Shown here piece by piece: positions 15,831 to 24,000 of a stretch of 24,000 nucleotides of DNA. Location of the stretch: contig NZ_RJVA01000015.1 of NCBI RefSeq assembly GCF_003751385.1, forward strand, positions 83,998-107,997, read 5' to 3'. Every line of letters starts with the position of its first letter. Position 1 is the first letter of the stretch. The DNA comes from Desulfosoma caldarium (GTDB lineage Bacteria; Desulfobacterota; Syntrophobacteria; Syntrophobacterales; DSM-9756). The notes under the pieces were generated by a model that saw only the letters and a program-made list of their open reading frames with translations, did no database searches and was not told the origin of the DNA. A program made the position numbers and the translations under genes.

Positions 15831-16799
15831 GTGCTGGCCGCCTTGAAACAGGTCATTTCCAAAGGGCGGCGCTTTGCCGTGGCCACGCACGTGCGTCCCG
15901 ACGGGGATGCCGTCGGATCCCTTTTGGCCGCTACCACCATACTGCGCCTTTTGGGGAAAACCGTCGACGCCTATTGTGAAGACCCGCCCCCTCCGGGTCA
16001 TGATTTCCTGGAAGGCATCGAGTGCATTCACCATTCCTGGAATGCGGCTGCAGACTATGACACGGCCATTTTGGTGGATTGCGGTGAATTTAACCGAGTC
16101 GGCACGGCCTTGGCGGAACCTCTTTCTCGAGTTCCCACCCTGGTCAATATCGACCATCATGTGAGCCACGATCCCTTTGGCACCGTGGCGTGGGTTGAAC
16201 CAACAGCCAGCAGCACCTGTGAACTGCTCTATGACCTCGCGGTGTTTCTCGGCGTGCCCATCACGCCCGCTTTGGCCACCCAACTCTACACCGGCCTTCT
16301 TACCGATACCGGCTCCTTTCGGTTTTCCAACACGACCCGTAGAGTGTTGGCCATCGCCACGGAACTCGTGGGGCACGGCGCCCAGCCTGCTTTTATCGCT
16401 GCCCAGATTTACGATTCCGGATCCCCGCAACGGTTGCGGCTTCTGGCCCAGGTGCTTTTGACCGTAGCTTTTGACGCCGACAATCGCTTGGCCACCGCCG
16501 AACTGAGCCAGGCCATGTTTCGGGACACGGGAGCGACGCGCGCCGATGCGGAAAGTTTCATCAACCATCTGCGCAGTGTCCGCTCGGTCTACATGGCCGC
16601 GTTGTTTCGTGAAGAAGAAGATGGCATCGTGCATGTGAGCCTGCGGTCTAAGGACCCTGTGGATGTGGCAGCCTTTGCACGTCGATACGGTGGTGGTGGA
16701 CATCGACACGCGGCGGCGTTTCGCACTCGAGGCGTCCTGGCTCAGGTGCGGGCGGCCGTGACGCAGAAGGCGCGGGAGTATCTCAACAGCCATGCATGA
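15831..16799 (+). CDS. nrnA: DHH/DHHA1 phosphoesterase, NrnA-like oligoribonuclease/pAp phosphatase
   Basis: Motifs: HVRPDGDAVGS, ILVDCG, NIDHH, LLTDTGSFRF, GGGGHRHAA. No ATG exists between the rbfA stop and the conserved core. I choose GTG 15831 (GAGGG just upstream, 19 residues before the H-x-x-PDGD motif). Alternatives are GTG 15789 and TTG 15726 (GGAG 6 nt upstream). The track start at 15552 lies inside rbfA. Confidence 0.8.
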   Translation: MLAALKQVISKGRRFAVATHVRPDGDAVGSLLAATTILRLLGKTVDAYCEDPPPPGHDFLEGIECIHHSWNAAADYDTAILVDCGEFNRVGTALAEPLSRVPTLVNIDHHVSHDPFGTVAWVEPTASSTCELLYDLAVFLGVPITPALATQLYTGLLTDTGSFRFSNTTRRVLAIATELVGHGAQPAFIAAQIYDSGSPQRLRLLAQVLLTVAFDADNRLATAELSQAMFRDTGATRADAESFINHLRSVRSVYMAALFREEEDGIVHVSLRSKDPVDVAAFARRYGGGGHRHAAAFRTRGVLAQVRAAVTQKAREYLNSHA

Positions 16800-17778
16800 A
16801 ACGGGGCAGATATCGATGAATTCGTTGAAGCGCTCGGCACAACGCGCCCCTTCTGTTGTCGTGCACGGCGTCCTTTTGGTGGACAAACCCGAAGGGTGGA
16901 CATCCCATGACGTGGTGGACTCTTTGCGCCGTCGCCTGGGTGTTTCCAAAATGGGCCACACGGGCACTCTGGATCCCTTCGCCACAGGCCTTCTGGTGCT
17001 TTGCCTCGGCGAGGCCACCCGCATCGCCGACCTGCTCACGCACATGGACAAGCGATACATTTTCCGTATGCGCCTCGGTGTGGAAACAGACACCTTGGAT
17101 CTCACGGGCCGGGTCACACGGGTCTACGAGGGACCTGCCGTGAGCCCGGAACGTCTTCGAAACACGGCAGCCGAAATGGTCGGTCCCCAGATGCAGCAGG
17201 TGCCGCGATACGCCGCCGTCAAGGTGCAAGGACGTCGCCTTTATGAATGGACGCGGGCCGGCAAGGAAATAGAGGCACCTCGCAGACCCGTGGAGATTTA
17301 TTCCCTGCACATTGTGGAAGACACATGGCCCGAAATCTCGTGCCATGTGCATTGTTCCAAGGGAACCTACGTGCGGCAGTTGGCCGCCGACCTGGGACGC
17401 CGCCTTGGCTGTGGCGCCCACGTCACGGCGCTGCGGCGAACGGAAAGTGGACCGTTCTCGGTCCATGATGCTCTGCCTTTGGACGCTTTGGACAGGATGG
17501 CTCACGATCGGGAGTGGATGCGCCACGTCATTCCGCTTCATGCGGCCCTTTCCCATCTGCCTGCTGTGGTGGTGACCGATGCCGCCATTCGAAACCGAAT
17601 ACGCCATGGACAGTTGCCTGAAACCTGGCTGAATTCGCAAGCGGTGGTTGCGGAAGGACACGGCGGACCCGTGCGCCTCATGGGTCCCAACAACGTGCTG
17701 CTGGCCCTGTGGTGGCCCGTGGCTCAGCCTGGCCAACGTCGTCTAAAGGTCTTTCGATCATCGGACACTTTCATCTAG
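16792..17778 (+). CDS. truB: tRNA pseudouridine(55) synthase TruB
   Basis: [17 protein letters not shown] and the catalytic-Asp motif [14 protein letters not shown] are present. The start overlaps the nrnA stop (ATGCATGA). An alternative start is ATG 16816. Confidence 0.93.
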   Translation: MHETGQISMNSLKRSAQRAPSVVVHGVLLVDKPEGWTSHDVVDSLRRRLGVSKMGHTGTLDPFATGLLVLCLGEATRIADLLTHMDKRYIFRMRLGVETDTLDLTGRVTRVYEGPAVSPERLRNTAAEMVGPQMQQVPRYAAVKVQGRRLYEWTRAGKEIEAPRRPVEIYSLHIVEDTWPEISCHVHCSKGTYVRQLAADLGRRLGCGAHVTALRRTESGPFSVHDALPLDALDRMAHDREWMRHVIPLHAALSHLPAVVVTDAAIRNRIRHGQLPETWLNSQAVVAEGHGGPVRLMGPNNVLLALWWPVAQPGQRRLKVFRSSDTFI

Positions 17779-17794
17779 ACAAAGGAGGATACAC

Positions 17795-18064
17795 GTGGTT
17801 CTCACCCCAGAAAGAAAAAAAGAAATCATCGACACTTACAAAATTCACCCCACTGATACGGGCTCACCCGAAGTCCAGATCGCTTTGCTAAGCGAACGAA
17901 TCAATTATTTGACCGAGCATTTCAAAGTTCACAAAAAGGACCATCACTCGCGCCGCGGTTTGCTCAAACTGGTCGGCCAGAGGCGACAATTGCTCAACTA
18001 TTTGAAACGTAAAAACATCGATCGCTACCACACGTTGATCGAGCGCTTGGGGCTGCGCCGGTAA
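17795..18064 (+). CDS. rpsO: 30S ribosomal protein S15
   Basis: 89-aa ORF with [43 protein letters not shown]. It has a GTG start with AAAGGAGG 6 nt upstream. Confidence 0.97.
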   Translation: MVLTPERKKEIIDTYKIHPTDTGSPEVQIALLSERINYLTEHFKVHKKDHHSRRGLLKLVGQRRQLLNYLKRKNIDRYHTLIERLGLRR

Positions 18065-18105
18065 TAGGGATACCGATCAACCCCGGAAAGACGAGGAACA
18101 GATCT

Positions 18106-20223
18106 ATGAAGAAATCGGTCCAGGTTGACGTGGGCGGACGCCCCCTCATCATTGAAACGGGCCACGCGGTCCGACAAGCCAGTGGAGCGGTGTTTGTGCG
18201 CTACGGGGACACAGTGGTTATGGTGGCCGCCGTGAAAGAAGACCGCATCCGCGAAGGCATCGATTTTGTGCCGCTCATGGTGGAATACCAAGAAATGAGC
18301 TATGCCGCGGGAAGAATTCCGGGCGGCTTTTTTCGAAGGGAAATCGGAAGACCCAGCGAAAAGGAAACCCTCACTTCCCGCCTCATCGACCGCCCCATTC
18401 GGCCCTTGTTTCCCAAAGGCTTTGCCTATGAAACCCAGGTGATTGCCACGGTGCTTTCGGTGGATCAGGAAAACGAACCGGACGTGGTGGCTTTGACGGG
18501 AGCTTCGGCGGCTTTGCATCTTTCGCCCATTCCCTTTGCGGGACCCGTGGCCGCCGTGCGTGTGGGGCGCGTCGACGGCCGCTTCATTATCAATCCTAGC
18601 GCCGCGCAGCTTGAACGCAGCGATATGAACGTGGTTGTGGCCGGCAGCCGCGACGCCGTGGTCATGGTGGAGGGGGGCGCCCAATTTGTTCCCGAAGCGG
18701 ACATTTTGGAAGCCATCGGCGAAGCGCATCGGGCCATCCTGCCCATTTTGGACGCTCAAGAAGAACTGCGGCGCCTGGCCGGCGTGCCCAAGGAAGAAAT
18801 CGTCGAGCCCTCGATTCCTGCAGAACTGGAACAGGCAGTGCGGCAGATGGCCGCGGCCGGCATGCGCGAAGCCATGACGACGGCCGACAAGATGCAGCGT
18901 CGGGACAAAAAGAAAGCGCTCCATGCCAGCGTGCTTGCCGCCTTGGCGGAGACCTTCCCCGGCTCGGAAAAGGACGTAGAGCGCGTTCTAGAAAAGCTGG
19001 AAAAAGAAACGGTGCGGCGTATGATGGTTGAGGAACGGCGCCGCATTGACGGCCGCGCTTTTGATGAAATTCGCCCCCTCAGCATCGAGGTCGGCCTTTT
19101 GCCGCGCACCCATGGTTCGGCCCTGTTTCGGAGGGGAGAAACCCAGGTTCTGGCCGTCACCACTTTGGGCTCATCCAGCGATGAGCAAAAGATCGAAGCC
19201 CTCACGGGCGAATCCTTCAAGTCCTTCATGCTTCACTACAACTTTCCGCCCTACTCGGTGGGCGAAGTGCGCCCGTTGCGCGGACCGGGCCGCCGAGAAA
19301 TCGGCCATGGCGCTTTGGCGGAACGTGCCGTGAAACCCATTCTGCCTCCCAACGGCACTTTTCCTTACACGATTCGCGTGGTCTGCGAAGTGCTGGAATC
19401 CAACGGCAGCAGTTCCATGGCAAGCGTGTGCGGCGCGTGCCTGTCGCTTATGGACGCTGGAGTCCCCGTGCAGGACATGGTAGCCGGCATTGCCATGGGT
19501 CTCATCAAGGAAGGTGACAATTTCCTGATCCTTTCTGACATTCTGGGCGATGAAGATCACCTGGGCGACATGGACTTCAAGGTCACCGGAAACGAAAAGG
19601 GTGTGACAGCGATTCAGATGGATGTGAAGATTGCGGGAATCAGCCGAGAAATCATGACACGGGCCTTGGAACAGGCCCGCCAGGGACGGCTGTTTATCCT
19701 GTCTCGAATGAGAGAGGTGATCTCCACCCCGCGTTCGGAATTGTCCCCCTATGCGCCGCGCATGGAAGTCATTCAAATCAACCCGGAAAAGATTCGCGAT
19801 GTCATCGGCCCGGGCGGAAAGATCATTCGAGGGATTGTGGCGGAAACCGGGGCCAAGATCGACATCGAAGATTCGGGCCGCGTGGTGATCATGAGTCCGG
19901 ACAAGGATGCATGCCAAAAGGCCATCGACAGGATTCGAGGACTGACAATGGAACCCGAAATCGGCCAGGTCTACATGGCTCGGGTCACCAAGGTCACGGA
20001 CTTTGGCGCTTTTGCGGAAATTCTTCCGCATACAGAAGGCCTCATTCACATCTCACAGCTGGACCACAAGCGGGTGCAGAAAGTAACCGACGTGGTCAAA
20101 GAAGGCGATGAGGTGTTGGTGAAGGTTATCGACATCGATCGCGAAGGGCGCATACGGCTGAGCCGAAAGGCCGTGCTTGGCGATCCGGAACACCGCAAGG
20201 GGAGAGGCCGCGTTGGTTCGTAA
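18106..20223 (+). CDS. pnp: Polyribonucleotide nucleotidyltransferase (PNPase)
   Basis: 705-aa ORF with two RNase PH domains ([18 protein letters not shown]), a KH domain ([10 protein letters not shown]) and an S1 domain ([20 protein letters not shown]). GAGGAA lies upstream of the ATG. Confidence 0.97.
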   Translation: MKKSVQVDVGGRPLIIETGHAVRQASGAVFVRYGDTVVMVAAVKEDRIREGIDFVPLMVEYQEMSYAAGRIPGGFFRREIGRPSEKETLTSRLIDRPIRPLFPKGFAYETQVIATVLSVDQENEPDVVALTGASAALHLSPIPFAGPVAAVRVGRVDGRFIINPSAAQLERSDMNVVVAGSRDAVVMVEGGAQFVPEADILEAIGEAHRAILPILDAQEELRRLAGVPKEEIVEPSIPAELEQAVRQMAAAGMREAMTTADKMQRRDKKKALHASVLAALAETFPGSEKDVERVLEKLEKETVRRMMVEERRRIDGRAFDEIRPLSIEVGLLPRTHGSALFRRGETQVLAVTTLGSSSDEQKIEALTGESFKSFMLHYNFPPYSVGEVRPLRGPGRREIGHGALAERAVKPILPPNGTFPYTIRVVCEVLESNGSSSMASVCGACLSLMDAGVPVQDMVAGIAMGLIKEGDNFLILSDILGDEDHLGDMDFKVTGNEKGVTAIQMDVKIAGISREIMTRALEQARQGRLFILSRMREVISTPRSELSPYAPRMEVIQINPEKIRDVIGPGGKIIRGIVAETGAKIDIEDSGRVVIMSPDKDACQKAIDRIRGLTMEPEIGQVYMARVTKVTDFGAFAEILPHTEGLIHISQLDHKRVQKVTDVVKEGDEVLVKVIDIDREGRIRLSRKAVLGDPEHRKGRGRVGS

Positions 20224-21463
20224 GACCGTTCTTTCCAACGGCATTCGCATCGTGACCGAAAAGATGCCCGGAGTGCACTCCGTCTCCATGGGCATTTGGG
20301 TCAACGTGGGGTCCCGCGATGAAGAACCTCACGAGCAAGGGGTGACCCACTTCATCGAACACATGCTTTTTAAAGGCACGGCGCAGCGGTCTGCTCTAGA
20401 CATCGCCATGGCGCTGGATGCGGTGGGAGGCTTCGCCAACGCTTTTACGTCCAAAGAAAACCTGTGCCTTCACGCCAAGGTTCTGGATAGCCACCTGGAC
20501 CTGGTGGTGGATGTGCTCACGGACATTTTTCTCCATTCGCTGTTCGCCGACGAAGACATTGAAAAGGAACGCCAGGTCGTGGTGCAGGAAATCAACATGA
20601 TCGAAGATTCCCCGGAAGACCTGGCACACATTCTTTTTCAGCAACACTTTTGGAGGGCTCATCCCCTGGGTGCGCCCATCTACGGCACCCAGGAATCCGT
20701 TATGGCTTTGGACCGGTCCAAAATTCTGAATTTTTTGAGTAGACGCTTCGCCCCACGGGCCGTGCTCGTGGCGGCAGCGGGCAACGTGGACCATGAGGCC
20801 TTTGTAGACCTGGTGGCTCCCCATGTGGCCTCCTTAAACCATTCCCGCCATGCCCCGCATCGGCAACCCCCTCAGGTCTTTTGCCATCGAACCCTACTGC
20901 CCAAGGACCTGGAACAGGTCCATATCTGCCTGGGTTTTCCTGGATGTTCCCAAGCTGACCCTGAACGCTTTGCCTGCCATGTGGTCAACGTGGTTCTGGG
21001 CAATAGCATGAGCAGCCGGTTGTTCCAGGAAGTGCGTGAAAAGCGTGGCCTAGCCTATTCCATATATTCCTTTGTGAACAGCCATGAGGACACGGGGCTT
21101 ATGGGCGTGTATGCCGCCGTGTCGCCCGAGAACGTGGCCGAAACCTTGGATGTCATCACCGCCGAAATGGACGCCGTGCGCCGCGATGCCATCACCGCCT
21201 CGGAACTGGACGCCGCCAAGGAATACCTCAAGGGAAGCATGTACCTGAATGCGGAAAGCACCGATGCGCGCATGAATCGGCTGGCCAAGAATGAATTCGT
21301 CTTTGGCCGCCATGTACCTTTGGAAGAGGTGGAAAAGGCCATTGACGCCGTGACGGTCGACGATGTGCGGGCTTGGTTCGTTAAACACTATCAACCGGAA
21401 AACACCGCCGTGACGCTTCTGGGACCTGTGGAAAACACAGCCGACGACATGGCGGCCGCGTGA
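20213..21463 (+). CDS. M16-family (pitrilysin/insulinase-like) zinc peptidase
   Basis: Active-site [11 protein letters not shown] (HxxEH) and a typical N-terminus, [16 protein letters not shown] place the start at TTG 20213, with AAGGGGAGAGG 5 nt upstream. It overlaps the pnp 3' end by 11 nt. The track start (TTG 20177) lies deeper inside pnp. Confidence 0.85.
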   Translation: MVRKTVLSNGIRIVTEKMPGVHSVSMGIWVNVGSRDEEPHEQGVTHFIEHMLFKGTAQRSALDIAMALDAVGGFANAFTSKENLCLHAKVLDSHLDLVVDVLTDIFLHSLFADEDIEKERQVVVQEINMIEDSPEDLAHILFQQHFWRAHPLGAPIYGTQESVMALDRSKILNFLSRRFAPRAVLVAAAGNVDHEAFVDLVAPHVASLNHSRHAPHRQPPQVFCHRTLLPKDLEQVHICLGFPGCSQADPERFACHVVNVVLGNSMSSRLFQEVREKRGLAYSIYSFVNSHEDTGLMGVYAAVSPENVAETLDVITAEMDAVRRDAITASELDAAKEYLKGSMYLNAESTDARMNRLAKNEFVFGRHVPLEEVEKAIDAVTVDDVRAWFVKHYQPENTAVTLLGPVENTADDMAAA

Positions 21464-22260
21464 ATGGGCAAGCCATGGCTTTGAAATTTCAAGTTCTTGC
21501 CAGTGGGTCCAAAGGCAACGCCATCTATGTGGCCAGTGAGTCCACGGCCCTTCTAGTGGATGCGGGGTTAAGCGCCAAGGAGGTTGTGCGGCGCATGGAG
21601 GGGAGCGATCTCAGTCCTCGAAGGCTGGCCGCCGTCCTGATCAGTCACGAACACAGTGACCATATTCGCGGTGTGGGGGTGCTGAGCCGTCGCTTCGATC
21701 TTCCCGTCTACCTCACCCAAGCCACCCTGGAAGGCCTTCCAAGTCAGCTGGGTGAATTGGCCGCAGCCCACATCATTCAATCCGGCCGCACCTTTTCTGT
21801 GGGCGACTTGACCGTCCACCCCTTTGCCCTTTCCCACGATGCCGCCGATCCCGTGGGCTATCTCGTAGAACACAACGGGTGCCGCCTCGCCATCTGCACC
21901 GACTGCGGCACGGTCACACAGTTGGTGCGCGCGCGCCTTCAACAATGCCACGGCCTCATCCTGGAAGCCAATCACGACGTGCATCGCCTGATCCACGGCC
22001 CCTACGCCTGGCATCTTAAGCAGCGTATTCGCAGCCGGCATGGGCACTTGAGCAACGAGGAATGCTGCGACCTGCTGCAGGAAGTCAACCACCGCAACCT
22101 GCAGGTCGTGGTTCTGGCGCATTTAAGCGAAATCAACAACGATCCCCGACTGGTTCGAGACACGCTCGGCCAAAAACTTCGCCGAGAACAGTGGCATCAT
22201 GTGCGGTTCCTCATCGCCGCCCAGGACCGTACCAGCCCCTTGTGTGAGCTAAACCCCTGA
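21460..22260 (+). CDS. MBL-fold metallo-hydrolase (YycJ/PhnP-like)
   Basis: Motif ISHEHSDH (HxHxDH), with N-terminus FQVLASGSKGNAIYV...LLVDAG. The GTG 21460 start overlaps the M16 stop (GTGA). An alternative start is ATG 21475. Confidence 0.8.
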   Translation: MNGQAMALKFQVLASGSKGNAIYVASESTALLVDAGLSAKEVVRRMEGSDLSPRRLAAVLISHEHSDHIRGVGVLSRRFDLPVYLTQATLEGLPSQLGELAAAHIIQSGRTFSVGDLTVHPFALSHDAADPVGYLVEHNGCRLAICTDCGTVTQLVRARLQQCHGLILEANHDVHRLIHGPYAWHLKQRIRSRHGHLSNEECCDLLQEVNHRNLQVVVLAHLSEINNDPRLVRDTLGQKLRREQWHHVRFLIAAQDRTSPLCELNP

Positions 22261-22271
22261 GGAGGTCTTTC

Positions 22272-23207
22272 ATGGTTTTGATGCCCAAAGCTTTCTTGCT
22301 GCCCATCGACGACACGGAAGAATCCCTTCGCCCCATCCGCTTCCTCACCCAGCTCTATGCAGATCGGTCGGAAATCAGCCTGACCGTTCATTACCTGGTG
22401 CCTTCCCTGCCACCCGTCTACGCCGAAGGGCGTCTGAGTCCCGCCCAGGTGGCGAAAAAAAAGGAGTTTCTCAGAAAACGGGAAGAAGCGGCCCAAAGAG
22501 CCTGCGCTCGAGCCAAGCAAGTGCTTCTGGAATCGGGCTTCAGCGAAGACATCATTCATGAATTCGTCCAGGAAAAGGAACTCACCGTTGCCCATCACGC
22601 CTGCCGCTTGGCCGACATCAAGCGGGTGGACGCCGTTCTGTTTCCCAAGCAGGCCAGCAGCCGATTGGAAGGGTTTCTCAAGGGGGACCACACCTCCGCC
22701 CTGCTCCATCACTGTCTCGTCAGCCCCATCTGGTTCGTGGACAATCCCGTGGACATATCGCGCGCCGTGGTGTGTGTTTCCGAGCACGCCGCTTCGGTGC
22801 GAGCCTTGGATCACGCTTTGTTTATGTTGGAAGGCACCTCGACGCGGATCGATGTGGTCCATTTTTCTAAACGGCTCTCCAAGAAAATCGTTGCCGAAGG
22901 CCGAGAATCCAGTGCGGAAATGGATCGGTGGGTGGCCGACCAACCCAAAGAAGTTCGGGAAAACTACGCCAAGGCTTTGGACATGATCGGGCAGAGCTCC
23001 ATCGAAGCCGAGCGGTTACGCCTCGTGGCCGCCCCCCATTCCGGCAAGGTTGCCGCAGACATCCTTGCCTACTGCGCCGAACAGCGCGCCGGCATCGTGG
23101 TGTTGGGTCACGGAGGCTCGGAGGGCACCTGGGGCTTTCTCAAGAGTTCCGTCACAAAGAAGATCCTCGCGGACTTTCGCCACCAAGCCGTGTGGGTCAA
23201 CCAATAA
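22272..23207 (+). CDS. Tandem universal stress protein (UspA-family) domains
   Basis: Two USP-like halves are present. Each opens with a beta-strand plus D/S motif (AFLLPIDDTEES; AVVCVSEHAAS). The second ends with GIVVLGHGGSEGTWGFLKSSVTKKIL...AVWV, resembling the G-x2-G-x9-G-S ATP motif. GAGGAGG lies 7 nt upstream of the ATG. The assignment rests on pattern recognition only. Confidence 0.6.
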   Translation: MVLMPKAFLLPIDDTEESLRPIRFLTQLYADRSEISLTVHYLVPSLPPVYAEGRLSPAQVAKKKEFLRKREEAAQRACARAKQVLLESGFSEDIIHEFVQEKELTVAHHACRLADIKRVDAVLFPKQASSRLEGFLKGDHTSALLHHCLVSPIWFVDNPVDISRAVVCVSEHAASVRALDHALFMLEGTSTRIDVVHFSKRLSKKIVAEGRESSAEMDRWVADQPKEVRENYAKALDMIGQSSIEAERLRLVAAPHSGKVAADILAYCAEQRAGIVVLGHGGSEGTWGFLKSSVTKKILADFRHQAVWVNQ

Positions 23208-23404
23208 GACGACCGTCCGAGGCCTCATCGATCGCGCGGGTTGGCACGGTCGCGCAATTCCCCGTGCGAGTTCGCAGCACCGGTCAGCTCGGCGCTGTGG
23301 GATCCGACGTTCGACCTATGCATTTGGAGAACCGGTACAGCCGTAAAGGTTGTTCACGACGGGCGTGCGATGCCGGAACAGGACACGGGTTTCAACAGGA
23401 TTTT

Positions 23405-24000
23405 TTAGTGTAAAACTTTGCTGATCGAGACGGCGCTCACTTTAAACTCGGGGATCTTGGCTACCGGGTCGTACGCTTCCGCGCTCGTCACCACATTGGC
23501 CGGGCTTTCTCCAAAGTGAATAGGGACAAAAACCATCCCACGGGAAACCCGCCGAGTCAGTCGTGCTGGAGCTTCGACTTGGCCCCGTCGCGAAGAAACC
23601 CGAATCAATTCCCCATCGCGAATGCCCATGTGCTGCGCATCTTCCGGATGCATCTCCACGTACCCGTCTTTTTGCTCCGCATCGAGACTCGGCGTAATGC
23701 GCGTCATGGTCCCTGTGTGGTAGTGCGCAAACATTCGGCCTGTGGTCACATAAAACGGCATTTCTGGGCTGGGCTGCTCCATAGGATCCTGGTGTTCGAC
23801 CACATGGAATTGACCCAAACCCCGGCTGAACCGATGCCGGTGAAGAAAAGGCGTCCCTGGATGATCCAGCGTCGGGCACGGCCACTGCAGCCCGTCGATT
23901 CCCAGTCGTTCGTAGCGCATTCCACCGTACAGGGCTGGAGCCAAGTCGGCTATTTCCTCAAAAATCTCCCGGGGACCGCTGTAGTCCATGGGGTAGCCCA
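23405..24000 (-). CDS. Formate dehydrogenase alpha-type molybdopterin oxidoreductase, C-terminal part (5' end beyond the right window edge)
   Basis: The frame is open to the window edge. GLQWPCP...HPGTPFLH, PFYVTTGRMFAHYHTGTMTR and the C-terminal beta-barrel (GIRDGELIRVSSRRGQVEAPARLT...GMVFVPIHF) are typical of FdhF/FdsA-like enzymes. Confidence 0.8.
   Translation of the reverse strand, partial: GYPMDYSGPREIFEEIADLAPALYGGMRYERLGIDGLQWPCPTLDHPGTPFLHRHRFSRGLGQFHVVEHQDPMEQPSPEMPFYVTTGRMFAHYHTGTMTRITPSLDAEQKDGYVEMHPEDAQHMGIRDGELIRVSSRRGQVEAPARLTRRVSRGMVFVPIHFGESPANVVTSAEAYDPVAKIPEFKVSAVSISKVLH

Noticed and set aside
15633-17117. 494-aa ORF antisense to nrnA and truB, with a neighbouring 317-aa antisense ORF at 16783-17736
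   Set aside because: The sense strand encodes proteins with unambiguous family motifs (DHH/GGGH; TruB catalytic Asp). The antisense products are R/G/A/P-rich with no recognisable motif. This is typical of shadow ORFs in GC-rich DNA.
17815-17821. Homopolymer A runs inside coding regions (A7 in rpsO at 17815-17821; A8 in the USP gene at 22455-22462) as possible frameshift sites
   Set aside because: Both ORFs read through in frame and give full-length family-typical proteins. The runs simply encode Lys-rich segments.
18025-20049. 299-aa, 157-aa and 292-aa ORFs antisense to pnp
   Set aside because: They are shadow ORFs. PNPase on the + strand is intact and fully motif-supported.
23208-23404. 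197-bp convergent spacer between the USP gene and the formate-dehydrogenase-type gene, examined for terminators or an RNA gene
   Set aside because: Only short stems (GCGCG...CGCGC, CACG...CGTG) and 6-8 bp palindromes (GAGGCCTC, CGATCG) are present, with no adjoining T-tracts. Nothing rises above chance expectation.
1-24000. Whole-window scan for CRISPR repeats, IS/transposase or integrase genes, long direct or inverted repeats, and compositionally foreign islands
   Set aside because: None was seen. Coding density and gene content are those of a conserved core region.

Overview
This is a gene-dense, GC-rich bacterial chromosome segment, almost entirely core housekeeping. Left arm, minus strand (1-5659): the start of a respiratory complex I (nuo) operon in a non-canonical order. 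A fused NuoE-NuoF gene comes first, then nuoA, nuoB, nuoC, nuoD and nuoG. nuoG runs off the left edge, so it is absent from the ORF track. Centre: a Nudix hydrolase and an atypical GreA-family factor (+ strand) converge on an archease-RtcB RNA-ligase pair (- strand). Next comes a tRNA-Gly(CCC) with a good sigma70-type promoter and two intrinsic terminators. It precedes a 13-gene co-directional block (9634-23207): rimP-nusA-ylxR-infB-DUF503-rbfA-nrnA-truB-rpsO-pnp-M16 peptidase-MBL hydrolase-tandem USP. The right edge carries the 3' end of a formate-dehydrogenase-type molybdopterin oxidoreductase (- strand). I found no CRISPR array, mobile element, integrase, toxin-antitoxin or defence-like cassette. 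Every long ORF that is not an antisense shadow belongs to a recognisable family, so I do not claim a new multi-gene system. The observations most worth a second look are: (1) a double-terminator, structured leader or sRNA between tRNA-Gly and rimP; (2) a Rex-like operator over the -35 of the nuo promoter, together with the rearranged and fused nuo operon; (3) a GreA paralogue lacking the catalytic Asp41; (4) the archease-RtcB pair with a palindromic upstream site and no RtcR/sigma54 signals. The ORF track prints M for GTG and TTG starts (checked at 17795 GTG, 2897 GTG, 20177 TTG), so several track starts were revised. Taxonomy cannot be fixed from this window; the gene content only suggests an anaerobe-like lineage.
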